A stretch of 64,000 nucleotides of DNA from an uncultured delta proteobacterium (GTDB taxonomy: Bacteria; Desulfobacterota; Syntrophobacteria; BM002): contig CAVQGX010000039.1 of the NCBI GenBank assembly GCA_963712115.1, forward strand, positions 88-64,087. The letters are read 5' to 3'. This document shows, in pieces, positions 17,909 to 27,836 of the stretch (the stretch's first letter is position 1; each line of letters begins with the position of its first letter). Position numbers and translations under genes: made by a program. Below the pieces are notes generated by a model. The model was not told the DNA's origin. It made no database searches and was given only the letters and a program-made list of their open reading frames with translations.

Positions 17909-18598
17909 TTATTCTGCCTCTCTGATGATGGCCAAACTCTCCGGGCCACAGTTGAATAGAAGATCTATAACAGACATATTAGGTTCAAATGGCGGCGCGT
18001 AGCACTGGGGATATTGTGGGTGTTTGAAATCCTGAAAAAGGACCTCGATTTGGTTATTCTGGAACATATCAACATCCATATACTTGGCACCGTCTATGCC
18101 GCTAAGATAGAACTCTCCCCCCAGGATCTTGCAAATTTCCACTAAACGGAGAGTGGGGTCTTCTGTTTCCACGGGAAGGGATGATGCCAGGAGTAACTTG
18201 CTCTCGAGTCCCAAAAGCTGCGCTAGCAGGTCGATAGATGCCAAATTGACGTCTACTATCATCTCATAGGACTTCTGGTAGAACTCCTCAAAGCTTGCAT
18301 AACAGGTGTCAAAAAATGGGGCTTTACTGTAGTTGGTTTTTAACGCCTGCAGATGTTTCCGCTGCCAGTCCACCGTTTGATTAACTCCCACCTCATTAAT
18401 TCGCTGAGAAAAACGATAGGTCACGGGAACGGTGAGCCATTGCCAGCCATCAGCAGTCTTGATCCGGTTACGATTCTGAAATTCGTTTTTCTTGTACTGA
18501 ACCGTGTCCAGCAAACAGAAGACATCACAGCGGTCCAGCTTGTCGAAATAGCCCAGCCAGGGGAGATACTGCGGCTGATGTATGGCGACCACTGTCAT
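17909..18598 (-). CDS. WbqC-family protein
   Basis: The N-terminus VAIHQPQYLPWLGYFDKL...NEFQNRNRI is the WbqC signature. Confidence 0.8.
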   Translation of the reverse strand: MTVVAIHQPQYLPWLGYFDKLDRCDVFCLLDTVQYKKNEFQNRNRIKTADGWQWLTVPVTYRFSQRINEVGVNQTVDWQRKHLQALKTNYSKAPFFDTCYASFEEFYQKSYEMIVDVNLASIDLLAQLLGLESKLLLASSLPVETEDPTLRLVEICKILGGEFYLSGIDGAKYMDVDMFQNNQIEVLFQDFKHPQYPQCYAPPFEPNMSVIDLLFNCGPESLAIIREAE

Positions 18599-18617
18599 GG
18601 AAACTGTAACTCCTGGA

Positions 18618-19928
18618 TCATTTAAGCTCTTCGCTGTGTTTATCTAGCAAAAATCGGACCCGAGAATCTCGGTTGTGGGCGTGCTTTTTTAAAAGCTCTG
18701 TGTATAGATCATCGATTTGTTCCACCATCGCTTCGGCGCTGTAAGGACGGCACATCTTTTTACCAGCCTCTCCCATTCGCTTCCGTTGCGCCTTATCCTT
18801 GAGGAGAGTGCAAATGCTTTTCTCCAGGGCAGAAGCATCCGCAGGAGGGACTAGTAGGCCATTTTTGCCATCAATTACAAGGTCAGGAATACCGCCGACA
18901 CGGCTGGCCACAATGGGCAAACCTGCTGCCATGGCCTCCACCAAAACCCTGCCCATTCCCTCATTTAAAGATGGTAAAACGAAAATGTCGAAACAGCTTA
19001 TTACCTCATCCACATCAGGGCGCCAGCCCAGGAATCGAACCTTGTCCGCAAGCCCGGCTCTTTCCACCTGCTCTTTTAACTTGATCTCCTCCTCACCCTT
19101 GTCATCTCCTTTGCCAACCAGGACTAATAGACTTTTGGGGTATTTTCCCGCGACTTTTGCCATGGCACTGACCAAATAGGTGACCCCTTTGATTGGGATG
19201 AGCCAACCCACGTACCCTATCACGAGCGAATCGGGTGGGATGCGTAATTCCTTTCGTTTCCTGGTGCGCTGCTTTGCTCCCTTGCTAAATCGGTGGAGGT
19301 CTATTCCGCTGTGGATCACGGTGGTGTTGCTGTGTTTTGACACTCTCAAGCCCAGATAGTCATTGCATTCTTCCAGGGTGAGCGCAATTTGATGATGGGT
19401 TATTCTGCCAAGCAGTTTTTCCATCTGAAGAAATATCCTGGACAGCGATCTGCCGAAATGACCGTAAAAGACGTGTCCGTGGGGGGTGTGAATGATGATG
19501 GGCACCCGGGCCGTCCAGGCAGCCAACCTACCCAGTACTCCAGCCTTTGAGGTGTGGGTATGAACGATGTCCGGCCTCGATCTCCGAAGAAATCGAACAA
19601 TGGAAATGAAAGCCTTAATGTCATTGAAAGGAGAGATACGCCGGACCAATGAGGGGAGATCAATGACTTCTATGCCATGTTTTCGTCCATCTGCCAATCG
19701 GTCTCTTACGAGTTGAGTTTCCGCCTCGGTCATGGCAGACTCGTGCGTGGAGCCCTTGATTAGACTCACGCTGTAACGCTGCGGATCATGGTTTAAAGCA
19801 GTAAGCAGAGTGTTTTGGGCTGAGCCGCCCATGTCCAGGCGGGTGATTATGTGGATGACTTTAATATGCTTGTTCACTTTCGACCTGAATACCAGTGCTG
19901 GAAAACGATTAGATTCCACAGAAACCAC
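18618..19928 (-). CDS. Glycosyltransferase family 4 (GT-B)
   Basis: IKVIHIITRLDMGGSAQNTL at the N-terminus and a C-terminal EGMGRVLVEAMAAGLPIVASRVGGIPDLV (E-x7-E region). The exact start is uncertain. Confidence 0.8.
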   Translation of the reverse strand: MVSVESNRFPALVFRSKVNKHIKVIHIITRLDMGGSAQNTLLTALNHDPQRYSVSLIKGSTHESAMTEAETQLVRDRLADGRKHGIEVIDLPSLVRRISPFNDIKAFISIVRFLRRSRPDIVHTHTSKAGVLGRLAAWTARVPIIIHTPHGHVFYGHFGRSLSRIFLQMEKLLGRITHHQIALTLEECNDYLGLRVSKHSNTTVIHSGIDLHRFSKGAKQRTRKRKELRIPPDSLVIGYVGWLIPIKGVTYLVSAMAKVAGKYPKSLLVLVGKGDDKGEEEIKLKEQVERAGLADKVRFLGWRPDVDEVISCFDIFVLPSLNEGMGRVLVEAMAAGLPIVASRVGGIPDLVIDGKNGLLVPPADASALEKSICTLLKDKAQRKRMGEAGKKMCRPYSAEAMVEQIDDLYTELLKKHAHNRDSRVRFLLDKHSEELK

Positions 19929-20248
19929 GAAGTGTCTCGACGATTTTTTTAAAATAGCTCTTCCGATTCATTAAAGAAGCACACAATAATTGAACTTCCG
20001 TGTAAATTGTTGTGCATCTAAATCCCATGACTCTGAATTTCTCCTCTATCCTTGTTCGACGGGTCTGACCAACTCTCTTAGCATGATATGGGTAACTCTA
20101 AGCAAAGGGCTTCACTCGTAAGACGATATACCGGAAGAGATTCACTGCTGGATTAAAATTTCTTAAGAGCGGTAAGCCCCTTACTCTGCCGGACAAGTTT
20201 TTCTGCAAATACGCGATATATTATGTGCATAGTGTCGACGAACCATTC

Positions 20249-21148
20249 TTATTGCACTTTATGCGAGTAAGGCTTTTGGGCCCAAACCAAAAGAGACGGG
20301 CCTATAACTAACTTGCCGCGGCTCAAAGAAAAAACGGATCTAGAGATAATCTCAATGGCAAGTTTTGCAGCCTGAGCCAATTCAGCAGAACCAAAATGCC
20401 CATAAGGATCTGCTTTACTCAGGGGAGAGTTGATAACACGAATGTTCTTGAATCCTGCACGTCGTATAAGTTGGTAGATCGATTTACTGCCAAAAGAGTA
20501 TTTATGAAACACGTAAGGTGCTTTCATACTCAACTTCGAAACTATCTTGTTGAGATAAGAGTAGGTTTTGTAAGCAGCCATTTGAAAAAAAACGTTTCTC
20601 ACTCTAATGCCCAAAATTCCGCCCTCTTTCATTACCCGGAAGCATTCTTTGAGCTCCGTGAAAGGATTTTCAACAAAGACCAAGACGTCCCATAGAGTAA
20701 TTACGTCGAAAAAATTAGCTGGATATTTGGCTTGCCTTAAGGTTCCTTGAAATATATTCTCATCTCCGAATTTTCCCCTGGCAGCTAGCACTGCCTCATG
20801 CGCAATTTCGACTCCGAAGGGCTGCCATCCTTTTATTGCTGCCAACTCTAGGAAATAACCGAATCCACAACCCACATCGAGAATCATTTTTTTCGAGGTT
20901 ACGTGATGACAGGATATATAATCTATGACTGTGTTGAAGAAAGATTCTTTGGATTCTGCTATTCTTTCGTGGGGATCTAATTTTTCATAATGATGTACTA
21001 GGCCTTCGCGAAGGTGCCCTTCATCTGCCACAATGGTGAAAACAAAGTCACAAGAAAGGCACCTGTAGTATCTCTTAAGTCCAGATGGTTCATTAATAAT
21101 TTTTCCGGAACAACAACAGATACATTGCATAAGATAACATCTAAGCAA
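20249..21148 (-). CDS. Class I SAM-dependent methyltransferase with an N-terminal Cys4 zinc ribbon
   Basis: CICCCSGK...YYRCLSCDFVF, followed by the SAM motif ILDVGCGFGYFLE. Confidence 0.8.
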   Translation of the reverse strand: MLRCYLMQCICCCSGKIINEPSGLKRYYRCLSCDFVFTIVADEGHLREGLVHHYEKLDPHERIAESKESFFNTVIDYISCHHVTSKKMILDVGCGFGYFLELAAIKGWQPFGVEIAHEAVLAARGKFGDENIFQGTLRQAKYPANFFDVITLWDVLVFVENPFTELKECFRVMKEGGILGIRVRNVFFQMAAYKTYSYLNKIVSKLSMKAPYVFHKYSFGSKSIYQLIRRAGFKNIRVINSPLSKADPYGHFGSAELAQAAKLAIEIISRSVFSLSRGKLVIGPSLLVWAQKPYSHKVQ

Positions 21149-21213
21149 AAATAAAATAAATAAAATGTCAAAGATATTATGATGCTAGCTTTTTACTGTC
21201 AGGTTTATGAGCT

Positions 21214-22425
21214 TTAATTACTTGTTGCTTTGTTAAAATCTATAATTTCATGTTTTAATTTTTTTAAATGTCTTTGCCATGAATATCTATCCTCTACATA
21301 AGTTCTACAGCGACGTCTTAGTACTCCATATTTTTTTTCCTGACTAAAATATTCATCAATAACTGTTTGAATTCCCTCAGCGATAGCCTCCGCTGAAGTA
21401 TCTCTGAAAAGAAACGACTGGGCAAAATCTGATAATATCTCCTTGGTTCCTCCTACTGGCGTTCCTAAGACAGGAGTTCCACATGCCATGGATTCGGGTG
21501 TCACTAGACCAAAGCCCTCCAACCTGCGTGTAGGGAGAATGAAAAAGTCAGATGCCCCGTAGTATTTAGGTAAAAGCTCTTGTGGAATGAATCCTGTCAT
21601 AGTAATTTTATCGGCCAGGGTAAAATCTTTGGCTAGTTTTTCGAGCTTTCGCCTCTCAGCACCTTCTCCAGCTAACGTCAAATGAACGGGGATGCCATTT
21701 TTTGCCAGCAGATACATGCATTTCAGCAAATTCTCAAGACCCATTCTCGGCACAAGATTTCGTACTGTCAGTAAATGGACCTTGCCTCTTGGCAAGCCCA
21801 ATTCTTTCTTTAGTTGGAGACGGTCGTGTGGAGGCTTAAAGCGATCTAAATCAACTCCACCGGGATTAACTATAATATGATGTGGCAGTATGCGGTGAAT
21901 AGATACCAATTTGTTCTTCATATAATTGCTGAGGACCATTATGCGTTTTGTCCTTTTAAGGCAAAAACCTTCGACAATGCGGCGACCTAGCACCTGTGGG
22001 AAGTTCGATAGCCAGCCCTTGCCCTCGTTCGACACCAAATATTCCTCATGACTGGGTGAATGAAATACGTAGAAGATTGGAACCTCACGCAGCTTTCCCT
22101 TACTCAGAAGGGCGAGGCTCGTGAACGGCTGATGACATATTACGGCATCAAAGGGACCTTTCTTTATAAAATGCCTATGTAAAGTGGAAGGTTTTTTCAA
22201 AAGGGAAACAAGGAACCCGGTCTTACTTTTGGGATCCGCGCCGTAGCATGCCTCCGTAACTCCTTTAACATTTCTAATGGCTATGCGAACTGGCCTATCT
22301 TCGCGTGTGATCGCACAGACCTCCATGCCCATCTGGACAAGGCCAAAGGCCTGTTGATAAAGAACCTGTTCGGAACCACTAGTTGGATTGTTTAGGGGGA
22401 CGTCGGCTAGAAAGAGGATTCTCAT
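21214..22425 (-). CDS. Glycosyltransferase family 4
   Basis: The likely start is MRILFLADVPLNNPTSGSEQV at 22425, directly after the upstream stop at 22428. It has a C-terminal EGFGLVTPESMACGTPVLGTPVGG. Confidence 0.8.
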   Translation of the reverse strand: MRILFLADVPLNNPTSGSEQVLYQQAFGLVQMGMEVCAITREDRPVRIAIRNVKGVTEACYGADPKSKTGFLVSLLKKPSTLHRHFIKKGPFDAVICHQPFTSLALLSKGKLREVPIFYVFHSPSHEEYLVSNEGKGWLSNFPQVLGRRIVEGFCLKRTKRIMVLSNYMKNKLVSIHRILPHHIIVNPGGVDLDRFKPPHDRLQLKKELGLPRGKVHLLTVRNLVPRMGLENLLKCMYLLAKNGIPVHLTLAGEGAERRKLEKLAKDFTLADKITMTGFIPQELLPKYYGASDFFILPTRRLEGFGLVTPESMACGTPVLGTPVGGTKEILSDFAQSFLFRDTSAEAIAEGIQTVIDEYFSQEKKYGVLRRRCRTYVEDRYSWQRHLKKLKHEIIDFNKATSN

Positions 22426-22427
22426 AT

Positions 22428-23375
22428 CTAAATCTGGTCCCTGTATATCAGGTAACCCCAAACAAACCCTGCAGCATAGGCAAGGGATGCTGAAACATAG
22501 ATCCAATGTCCTCTGAGAACCTTCTTCACTAAATTCACAGCATAACGCGCCATTCTAAAAAAAAGGGGTCTTCTAGGGTTAAAATCAGAAATATGATTAT
22601 CCGGAGTCTCGATGATCCATTGAGGAAAAAATCTGTTGCAAAAGCCAGCCTGTTTGCCATTGCGATAGAATTGTTTTATTAATTTGAAGAACATTGTTGG
22701 CGGTAGATGGGAGTATTCAACTCCGGGGACCACAACGACCCTATACCCCGCTTTTCTGAACTCGTGCCGAAGATACGGGTCCAGCCCTCGTGGAAGCAGT
22801 TCATTTTCTCCGCCAACTGTCTTGAACACATCTTTTCTCATCATCAAGAGGCCGTGTTCAGCTAGGTCCGAATCAGTTACTTTTTTTACTGGCGGTGTAG
22901 AGCGGCGGGGGATTTCCTCCATTGCCCGTCTGACAAAACGGGGGACATCTGGTGGTATTACATTAACGCCTCCAGCCATGCCTATAGTCTCATCTTTCTC
23001 CATGGCCTCGACCAATTTTTGCAGCGCATCTTGGGTAACTAGCCTGGTGTCATCATCGAGGGTCATGATATATTTCCCCCGAGAGATGTCGGCTCCGGTG
23101 TTGATTGCTCTTCCTTGCCTCGAATCAGCCTTGATAATTATTATTTCAAAATTCTGATATGTTTGTTCTGAAAGCTGCTTCAGTAGTGCCGGAAAGAGGC
23201 CGTTTCGATATCCATCAACGGTGGGAATAATTATGGAAGCCTTGGGATAGTCTCCAAGGTGGCTTGATTCAGTCTCAGCCACTTCTATAGTTCGATGGGG
23301 TGGAATTCCGGTGTCATTCCTGTGAAGGACGAATTGTCTGCTTCCACTCATAAGTATGTCAACATCTGTATTCAT
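22428..23375 (-). CDS. Glycosyltransferase family 2
   Basis: SIIIPTVDGYRNGLFPALLKQL...YIMTLDDDT (the DxD region of the GT-A fold). Confidence 0.75.
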   Translation of the reverse strand: MNTDVDILMSGSRQFVLHRNDTGIPPHRTIEVAETESSHLGDYPKASIIIPTVDGYRNGLFPALLKQLSEQTYQNFEIIIIKADSRQGRAINTGADISRGKYIMTLDDDTRLVTQDALQKLVEAMEKDETIGMAGGVNVIPPDVPRFVRRAMEEIPRRSTPPVKKVTDSDLAEHGLLMMRKDVFKTVGGENELLPRGLDPYLRHEFRKAGYRVVVVPGVEYSHLPPTMFFKLIKQFYRNGKQAGFCNRFFPQWIIETPDNHISDFNPRRPLFFRMARYAVNLVKKVLRGHWIYVSASLAYAAGFVWGYLIYRDQI

Positions 23376-23389
23376 GCGGAAACTAAGGC

Positions 23390-25336
23390 TTAGACAGCCA
23401 TTTCCTGCAATGAAATTTCAGGTGGCGAACTGATCTTTTCATCAAGATAAAGCCTGGACCATATTTCGAAAACTACTAAACTCCAAATTCGATGCCCCAA
23501 CTCTTGCTTTCCACGACGATGTTCTTCCAACATCCATTGTAGCTGTTTCTTTTCAAATAAATCCCTTTTTTCAAGAGATTTACTCATCAGAATCTTGAAT
23601 GCCATATTGCCGAGATCATCTCTCAACCATGCTGAAATAGGTATGGTGAAGCCCTGTTTCCTTTGTTTGAGAATTTCTTTTGGCAAGTAACGAGCGAAAG
23701 TCTTTTTTAAGATGTATTTCGAGGTTAGACCTTTGATTTTATAGTCAAACGGTATCCTGGCAGCAAACTCTACAATCTTTTTATCTAAGAAAGGTACCCT
23801 CACTTCAAGCCCATGAGCCATGCTCATCCGGTCTACCTTAAAAAGACAATCGTCGGGAAGAAAAGACATGGTATCCACATGGAGCATTCTCTCGCGATCA
23901 TCCATTACCTGTGCATTTGAAAAAAGTTGACGCCGATAATCAGCAGCATCAAAATCTCTCAACTCATCTCGAAACGCCTGCGAGTAGAGCATCTGACGAA
24001 ATGGCAGAGAAACCGAGGTCCGACGCAGGAAACCTGTTTCTGTATCTGTGGTCAAATCGCTAAAAAGGCGACGAGCTCTTGTTGCAAGTTTTTTTGAATA
24101 AAAATCTTCTGGTTGTAAATGCGTACTAAATTTCGCAAAAGACTTCTGAATAAAACCAGGTATCGTATTGAAAACTGTCTTGTATTGGTGTCGCCTAGTC
24201 CATTCATATCCCCCAAAAATCTCATCACCCCCGTCACCGGATAACACAACCTTTGCTTTGGCCCTAGCCATTTTGGAAATGTAGTAAGTGGGTATTATTG
24301 AATTGTCAAAGAAGGGTTCGTCCAGTTGCCACAAGAGTTTGGGGAGTACTTTGGTCATATCGGGGGCAACTCTGAATTCATGATGGTTAGTTCCCAAACG
24401 ATCAGCAACTGAAGCGGCATAATGTAGTTCGTCTTTCCCACCCGACTCGTACCCAAGAGAAAAAGTTTCAATAGCCTCAGTTTTCACCTTATCCATCAAA
24501 GCCACAACAATGCTAGAGTCTACTCCCCCGCTCAAAAAAGCTCCAACAGGGACATCACTAACAAGATGTCTCTCAATCGCTTCTATAAATTTGCTATGGA
24601 GGGTCTCAATTAATTCAGTTTCAGAGAGTTGGTGTTTGGGTAAGTACCGGATAGACCAGTAGGAAGTGATGTGGATTTGCTTATTCTCAAGGACCAGATA
24701 GGATGAGGGAGGTAACTTCTTAATATCCTTAAATATTGTGCGAGATTCTGGAGTGTAACCATAGGTGAAGTAATAATCCAGAGCTTTGAAATCGATTTCT
24801 CTTGAGACATCGTCAATGGCAAGAAGAGCTTTCATTTCTGAAGCAAAGTAAAAATTATTATCCTTGAAAACATAATAGAGTGGCTTGATACCAAGGCGAT
24901 CTCTTGCCAATAAGAAACGATCCCTTTTTTTATCCCAAACAGCAAAGGCGAACATGCCATCTAACTTGTTCACACAATCATCTTCTAAATCCTCATAGAG
25001 ATGAAGAATCACCTCTGTATCGCTATGGGAACGGAATGTATGTCCTTTTTTCGTGAGTTCATTGGTCAATTGCTTATAATTATAAATCTCCCCGTTGAAC
25101 ACGACGACTGTCGAATCATCTTTGTTTATCATAGGTTGATTCGCATTGTCAGAGAGATCAATTACGGAAAGCCGTCGATGACCCAGTCCGACTCTTTCTT
25201 CCCTCTCATCAGCATAATAATACCCCTCGCCATCAGGGCCTCGATGAGCAAGAATGTCGGTCATATCACGTAGAAGACGTTTGTGATTTACAATGCTGCT
25301 TCCGCGTGCAATTCTGAATCCACAAAGACCACACAT
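23390..25336 (-). CDS. asnB: Asparagine synthase (glutamine-hydrolysing), EPS-locus type
   Basis: It starts MCGLCGF (Ntn Cys2) and has the PP-loop motif FLSGGVDSS. At 648 aa it is full length. Confidence 0.85.
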   Translation of the reverse strand: MCGLCGFRIARGSSIVNHKRLLRDMTDILAHRGPDGEGYYYADEREERVGLGHRRLSVIDLSDNANQPMINKDDSTVVVFNGEIYNYKQLTNELTKKGHTFRSHSDTEVILHLYEDLEDDCVNKLDGMFAFAVWDKKRDRFLLARDRLGIKPLYYVFKDNNFYFASEMKALLAIDDVSREIDFKALDYYFTYGYTPESRTIFKDIKKLPPSSYLVLENKQIHITSYWSIRYLPKHQLSETELIETLHSKFIEAIERHLVSDVPVGAFLSGGVDSSIVVALMDKVKTEAIETFSLGYESGGKDELHYAASVADRLGTNHHEFRVAPDMTKVLPKLLWQLDEPFFDNSIIPTYYISKMARAKAKVVLSGDGGDEIFGGYEWTRRHQYKTVFNTIPGFIQKSFAKFSTHLQPEDFYSKKLATRARRLFSDLTTDTETGFLRRTSVSLPFRQMLYSQAFRDELRDFDAADYRRQLFSNAQVMDDRERMLHVDTMSFLPDDCLFKVDRMSMAHGLEVRVPFLDKKIVEFAARIPFDYKIKGLTSKYILKKTFARYLPKEILKQRKQGFTIPISAWLRDDLGNMAFKILMSKSLEKRDLFEKKQLQWMLEEHRRGKQELGHRIWSLVVFEIWSRLYLDEKISSPPEISLQEMAV

Positions 25337-25410
25337 ATTAATAGATGCCGGTTTATTAATTGTTAAGTAGTTTTACATACATCTTAAAAGATGGACATCT
25401 ATTCGGATTC

Positions 25411-26580
25411 CTAGTTAACATTGTCTATAAATTCAATCATGCGGGTTACGGTATGCCTCCAGGTGAAATTAGCCAATACAACGTCCCTTCCTGATTCACC
25501 CATTTCTTCCCTTTCTTCTCGATTTCCTGTAATTTTAGTTATGGCGTCAGCAAGAGCATTGTTATCATCAGGAGGGATGACGATACCGCAACCTGCATTC
25601 TCGACAATGTCACTAACCCCTTCTGCGTGAGTTATGATTACTGGAGTGCCAGCGGCCATATATTCCAAGGTTTTCATAGATGATCTATACCTGCCGATTC
25701 CCTTTTCACCTACATAAGGCGTAATACCAACATCAAAAGCGTTACAATAAAGTGGAATCATATCCCACGGTTGATAACCTGTGAAAATAAAGTTGTGTTG
25801 TACTTGGTGTTTGAGAGTGAGGCTCTGAAGATGTTTACCCCAATGCCCGTGGCCAACGATTATGAATGATACATCAGGTAATTTTGAGACCACCTTTGAG
25901 GCTGCTTCGATGAGTGATTCCAAGCCAGACCAAGGATATAAATAGCCAATAAAGCCCACATAGTTTTTCCCCTGCGGTAAATCAAGAATGCTAAAGACTT
26001 CATCACGATTCATCGGCCGACAAAGATCGGCATCAACTCCGTTGAAAATAAAAACCATCTTGTCTCGAGGCACCTTGTAATGACTGCGCACTTTTTCAAC
26101 AATGTACGGAGTCACGCAAAACAAACCATTACTCAACCTGTAGTTAAGCCTTTGAAAGAACTCAACCATTTTGAGTCGAGGCCATGAGTGCCCTCCCATT
26201 TTCATTTCTTCAGGGCTGAAACCATGTATGGTCATAAAATGTCTCTTGCGAAAGAGTTTAGCTATTATGATGCCGGTAAGGGAATGACTGATATCGTTTT
26301 CATAAATGATGTCGCAGCCATGCTTTAAGATATAGATTGCGAGTACCAGGAAAAGATTGATAGGAAATGAAATAGTGCGAAGATAACGCACGTGCAGGAT
26401 AGGAACATAGACGATCCTAAACGGAACATCATGAGGATAGACTCCATAATTGGGTACGAATAAGGTTACTTGATGTCCTAGTATACTGAGATTGCGACAT
26501 ACTTCTATGACGTGCACTACCCCTCCAGGCGTGGTCAGTCGTCCTGTTATATCACCCCCGAAGGTTACAAAAATCTTCAT
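25411..26580 (-). CDS. Glycosyltransferase family 4
   Basis: GT-B layout with C-terminal SMKTLEYMAAGTPVIITHAEGVSDIV. Confidence 0.75.
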   Translation of the reverse strand: MKIFVTFGGDITGRLTTPGGVVHVIEVCRNLSILGHQVTLFVPNYGVYPHDVPFRIVYVPILHVRYLRTISFPINLFLVLAIYILKHGCDIIYENDISHSLTGIIIAKLFRKRHFMTIHGFSPEEMKMGGHSWPRLKMVEFFQRLNYRLSNGLFCVTPYIVEKVRSHYKVPRDKMVFIFNGVDADLCRPMNRDEVFSILDLPQGKNYVGFIGYLYPWSGLESLIEAASKVVSKLPDVSFIIVGHGHWGKHLQSLTLKHQVQHNFIFTGYQPWDMIPLYCNAFDVGITPYVGEKGIGRYRSSMKTLEYMAAGTPVIITHAEGVSDIVENAGCGIVIPPDDNNALADAITKITGNREEREEMGESGRDVVLANFTWRHTVTRMIEFIDNVN

Positions 26581-26608
26581 CTCGTTACTTTTCTGTAAGT
26601 ATCTATGG

Positions 26609-27796
26609 TTATAGTCGATTGTTGTGAAGTACCTTGCGACGTATTATTTCTTTCAGCTGATTGACTTTTACGGTCCAAGAATTGGTGTGAGCAACCACCT
26701 GATGACCTCTTTGTGCTATATCATTTCTAAGTTTGGAATCTTTTAAGAGTTCGATAATACTTTTTCCCATTGATTCATGGTCTCCCGGAGTAAACGTCAG
26801 GCCAAGATTATGGGATTTTAACACTTCTCCAATTTCTCCTGTATCGCTGCCGATAACCGGCTTGTTACAGGCAAGATAAGCATAGAGCTTTTGCGGTGAG
26901 GTGCCGCTCGCGAGAGGAACAACAGATAAGATGGCAATATCGAAAGTGCTGATAAAAAATGGGGCTTCAGACCATGGAATCGTACCGAAGAACCTAAAAT
27001 GGTTTTGGAGTCCTCTGTTCTCTGCTTCTTGCTTGAAGTTGTCCAAATAAGGCTGTTGTCCACCTCCTATGAGAAACTCAACTTGAGAAAATTCTTCCAG
27101 AACTTTGGGAGCGCATTGAATGAGTAACTCGACACCACACCAAGGCGTCAGGGTTCCAAGATATCCCACATATAATCTTCCTTCCTCCTCTAAATGAAAA
27201 CGAGTTCGCGCTTCTTTGGGTTTCTTAGGATTAAACCGACGGGTGTTCGTACCGTTCGTGACCACATCCACTCTGTAGGGATTGATACGGTAGGTTTTAA
27301 TTAACCATTCTCTAATGTCCGTAGTAACTGAGATGATTAGACTACTATATTTCAGATAAAAAGATTCACACCACTGAACTACTTTAATTCTCAGTGGTGA
27401 TTCTCCGCCCAGTTTGAGTTCCCCTGCCACTATGCCATTAACTTCAACGATTAGTGGGATACCGATTAATTTTGATATGATGGCAGTAATCACTGTTGAC
27501 ATTGAAGCGCGTTCGTAGATGATATCTGGCCGTTTCTTTAAACACCAAACAGGGAGTAAGATCATCAATAATAAGGAATAACATAAACGATTTAATAATC
27601 TAATGTTTATAACTGGGATGTTGATTAGATTTATCTTATCCAGCCATGTGCAATTTCTTAAAAAAGACCATTTTATTGAAGTTATTAATGTTATATTATG
27701 ATTTTGATAAACAAGTTCTTCTACTACATCGCTCACGTGTATAGGCATATCTTCATAAGAGTGATAATATACATAAAATATATTTAATATCTTCAT
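26609..27796 (-). CDS. Glycosyltransferase family 4
   Basis: GT-B layout with C-terminal SPQKLYAYLACNKPVIGSDTGEIGEVL. Confidence 0.7.
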   Translation of the reverse strand: MKILNIFYVYYHSYEDMPIHVSDVVEELVYQNHNITLITSIKWSFLRNCTWLDKINLINIPVINIRLLNRLCYSLLLMILLPVWCLKKRPDIIYERASMSTVITAIISKLIGIPLIVEVNGIVAGELKLGGESPLRIKVVQWCESFYLKYSSLIISVTTDIREWLIKTYRINPYRVDVVTNGTNTRRFNPKKPKEARTRFHLEEEGRLYVGYLGTLTPWCGVELLIQCAPKVLEEFSQVEFLIGGGQQPYLDNFKQEAENRGLQNHFRFFGTIPWSEAPFFISTFDIAILSVVPLASGTSPQKLYAYLACNKPVIGSDTGEIGEVLKSHNLGLTFTPGDHESMGKSIIELLKDSKLRNDIAQRGHQVVAHTNSWTVKVNQLKEIIRRKVLHNNRL

Positions 27797-27836
27797 ATTA
27801 AATCACTAAGATTTTATGGCAGATAATTTTATAAAA

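Noticed and set aside
19979-20015. Imperfect inverted repeat GCACACAATAATT-N12-AAATTGTTGTGC in the gap between the methyltransferase and GT4 genes as an operator
   Set aside because: Only the outer 5 bp pair cleanly and I noticed no second copy. The evidence is too weak to report.
23390-25336. AsnB as the missing lasso-peptide cyclase for the HprK-like/nucleotidyltransferase genes
   Set aside because: It keeps the full glutaminase domain (MCG start). It is embedded among glycosyltransferases 20-30 kb away on the other side of the export genes, and the precursors look like thioether-type substrates rather than lasso cores.
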